From an uncultured Gammaproteobacteria bacterium (GTDB lineage Bacteria > Patescibacteriota > Patescibacteriia > Patescibacteriales > UBA12465): a stretch of 52,198 nt of DNA. The position numbers were made by a program, and so were the translations under genes. Below are positions 50,992-52,198 of this stretch, piece after piece. Positions within the stretch are counted from its first letter, which is position 1. Every line of letters begins with the position of its first letter. A model generated the notes under the pieces. It saw only the letters and a list, made by a program, of their open reading frames with translations. It searched no databases and had not been told where the DNA came from. Where the stretch lies: contig CAYOKE010000002.1 in assembly GCA_964404515.1 (NCBI GenBank), forward strand, positions 1 to 52,198, written 5' to 3'.

Positions 50992-51933
50992 ATGGAACAA
51001 CAAGATAATAAATACCTATCTAATCGCAAACTAGTTAAATCTGGCTCGCTTTTGGAGATATATCAATTCGGCCGAGATATTAATCTAGGTAGAAAAATCA
51101 GACGTATTAAGACTGAAGAAGAAAAGGCCTTGCAGACTGATAGACCGAAAGCCAGTGCCGAGGAAAAACTAAAGTCCTCCGCTCGTCGGGCGAGAAGGAT
51201 GATTAAACGGCTTATTATGGCTAATTGCTTTCTGTGGTTTAAAGAAAAGGGCAAACCATATTTACCGATTACGCTCACCCTGACTTTTGCTAAGAATATT
51301 ACTAACTTAAAAAAGGCTAATTATGAATTTACTAAATTTATCAGACGGCTTAATTACGAAACTAACGCCATTGAGGGGAAAGATTTAAAGCAAAGTAATT
51401 TAAAATACCTGGCGGTCTTTGAACTGCAGAAAAGAAAGGCGATTCACTATCATATGATTTTCTTTAATCTCCCTTATATCAAAGATGTTTATCGAAAGAT
51501 GTATAAAATTTGGGGACAGGGTCGTATAATGGTCGGCGGAAAAGATAGGAATTTTAATAAAGTTAAAGATCAGGTTCAACTTAAAAAAATAATTTTTTAC
51601 TTTATCAAATACATTCAAAAATCGGTCTTTGAAAATGACTTCCCTCGGCAAAAGAAATATATCGCCAGTAAAGGACTGCTCAAACCGCAAGAAAATTCAT
51701 TTGTTGAAGTCGTGTCGCTCGTGGAATCTAAATTATCGGATAAGCAACTGGTCTATAAGTATGACGGCGAAACGGAATATAACAATAGCGATATTAGAGA
51801 TACCGTCGGGCAACCGCAAAACTTCTTACGTTGGTTTAATTATCAGCAATATGATTTATCTGATAACCCCGAATTATATAGTGATATTACTCGGCTACTA
51901 AACGGCCTATCGATAGACGATATTGATTTTTAG
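50992..51933 (+). CDS. HUH-superfamily rolling-circle replication initiator (Rep)
   Basis: Three motifs in canonical order: ITLTLTF (motif 1), AIHYHMIFF (HUH motif 2), FYFIKYIQK (Y-x-x-x-Y motif 3, as in phiX174 gpA YVAKY). Confidence 0.75.
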   Translation: MEQQDNKYLSNRKLVKSGSLLEIYQFGRDINLGRKIRRIKTEEEKALQTDRPKASAEEKLKSSARRARRMIKRLIMANCFLWFKEKGKPYLPITLTLTFAKNITNLKKANYEFTKFIRRLNYETNAIEGKDLKQSNLKYLAVFELQKRKAIHYHMIFFNLPYIKDVYRKMYKIWGQGRIMVGGKDRNFNKVKDQVQLKKIIFYFIKYIQKSVFENDFPRQKKYIASKGLLKPQENSFVEVVSLVESKLSDKQLVYKYDGETEYNNSDIRDTVGQPQNFLRWFNYQQYDLSDNPELYSDITRLLNGLSIDDIDF

Positions 51934-51958
51934 CTTGTTCTTTAGTATATTAATAGTA

Positions 51959-52094
51959 TTCACCTAACATAATAAACAGACATGCCCAGGGTATTTTTTT
52001 AACAAATACCTTTGTCGCTCGAAATGGGCAGTTCTGCCAAACGATAAATTAACCTTTGGGCTAGTTTGTTATGTTGGGTGAATCAGGACTGCCC
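51959..52094 (+). other. highly structured intergenic region (candidate single-strand origin, att site or ncRNA)
   Basis: 19-bp long-range stem 51959-51977 / 52064-82 (two G-T pairs). Inner hairpins GGTATTT/AAATACC (51990-52010) and GGCA-GTTC-TGCC (52027-52038). GGGCAGT/ACTGCCC (52026-32 / 52088-94) followed by TTTTT. Confidence 0.5.
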
Positions 52095-52119
52095 TTTTTG
52101 ATTATTAAAATATAATTAT

Positions 52120-52198
52120 ATGAACGACAAAAACGAAACAATTAAATATGCCCTCTACTGCCGAAAGTCTACCGAGGACAGCAGTCGGCAAATTCTTT
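52120..52198 (+). CDS. serine recombinase, N-terminal 26 codons (partial, runs off the window)
   Basis: MNDKNETIKYALYCRKSTEDSSRQIL matches the Y-x-R-x-S-(T/S)-x-x-Q catalytic-serine N-terminus of the resolvase/invertase/large serine recombinase family. Confidence 0.55.
   Translation, partial: MNDKNETIKYALYCRKSTEDSSRQIL

Larger units (their letters stand above)
50743..52198 (+). mobile_element. putative integrated rolling-circle replicon/phage-like element (partial; left boundary unknown)
   Basis: HUH Rep gene flanked by long hairpins, plus an adjacent serine recombinase start. AT-rich context. Confidence 0.45.

Noticed and set aside
52111-52122. A TATAAT at 52111-52116, 3 nt before the recombinase ATG, as evidence for a leaderless mRNA.
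   Set aside because: The expected start site (~7 nt downstream of the -10) would fall past the ATG. The region is so AT-rich that a chance TATAAT is likely.
1-52198. Alternative genetic code (UGA recoding, as in some candidate phyla).
   Set aside because: Long uninterrupted ORFs are obtained with the standard code, and TGA functions as the stop in several ATGA start/stop overlaps (for example 47454-47457). There are no in-frame TGA-interrupted conserved genes.

Overview
This 52.2-kb chromosomal window looks like a small-genome, CPR/Patescibacteria-like bacterium. That assignment is an inference from gene content (many small secreted or membrane proteins, orphan solute-binding proteins, a VirB2-like pilin family) and has not been checked against any database. 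The standard genetic code applies, because TGA acts as a stop in the ATGA gene overlaps.

**Layout**
- 1-20.5 kb is mostly housekeeping: the 5' end of a 16S rRNA gene, infC-rpmI-rplT-secG, RNase J, bactofilin, trxB, a surface-glycan gene set, lgt, ppsA and several tRNAs.
- 20.5-31.4 kb is a cell-envelope locus. It holds a 3D-domain wall hydrolase, a secreted protein behind a perfect consensus promoter, and seven tandem VirB2/TrbC-like pilin paralogs, two of which form a recent ~625-650 bp tandem duplication. It also holds a GT-C-like/GT2 glycosyltransferase pair, a RodZ-like protein and an eighth pilin paralog.
- 31.5-38.9 kb holds an SMC protein with no recognisable hinge, rplS, tsaE, lspA, two DksA/TraR zinc-finger proteins and tRNAs.
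- 38.9-49.6 kb is a single minus-strand block of 15 tightly packed genes. Most are Nudix, HD, HAD, VOC, AKR, S51 and queuosine-salvage enzymes. The block is headed by an AAA-ATPase + RloB-like (AbiL-type) pair, followed by an unusual Y-D-Y repeat protein.
- From about 44.27 kb the sequence becomes clearly more AT-rich.
- The right end carries a rolling-circle (HUH) Rep gene flanked by long hairpins, plus the start of a serine recombinase. This suggests an integrated small mobile element.

**Most interesting candidates**
- The pilin array and its duplication.
- The ATPase/RloB/repeat-protein module.
- The Rep/recombinase element.
- A promoter-to-terminator-delimited structured small RNA at 5.8-5.94 kb.

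No CRISPR array, transposase or reverse transcriptase was seen.
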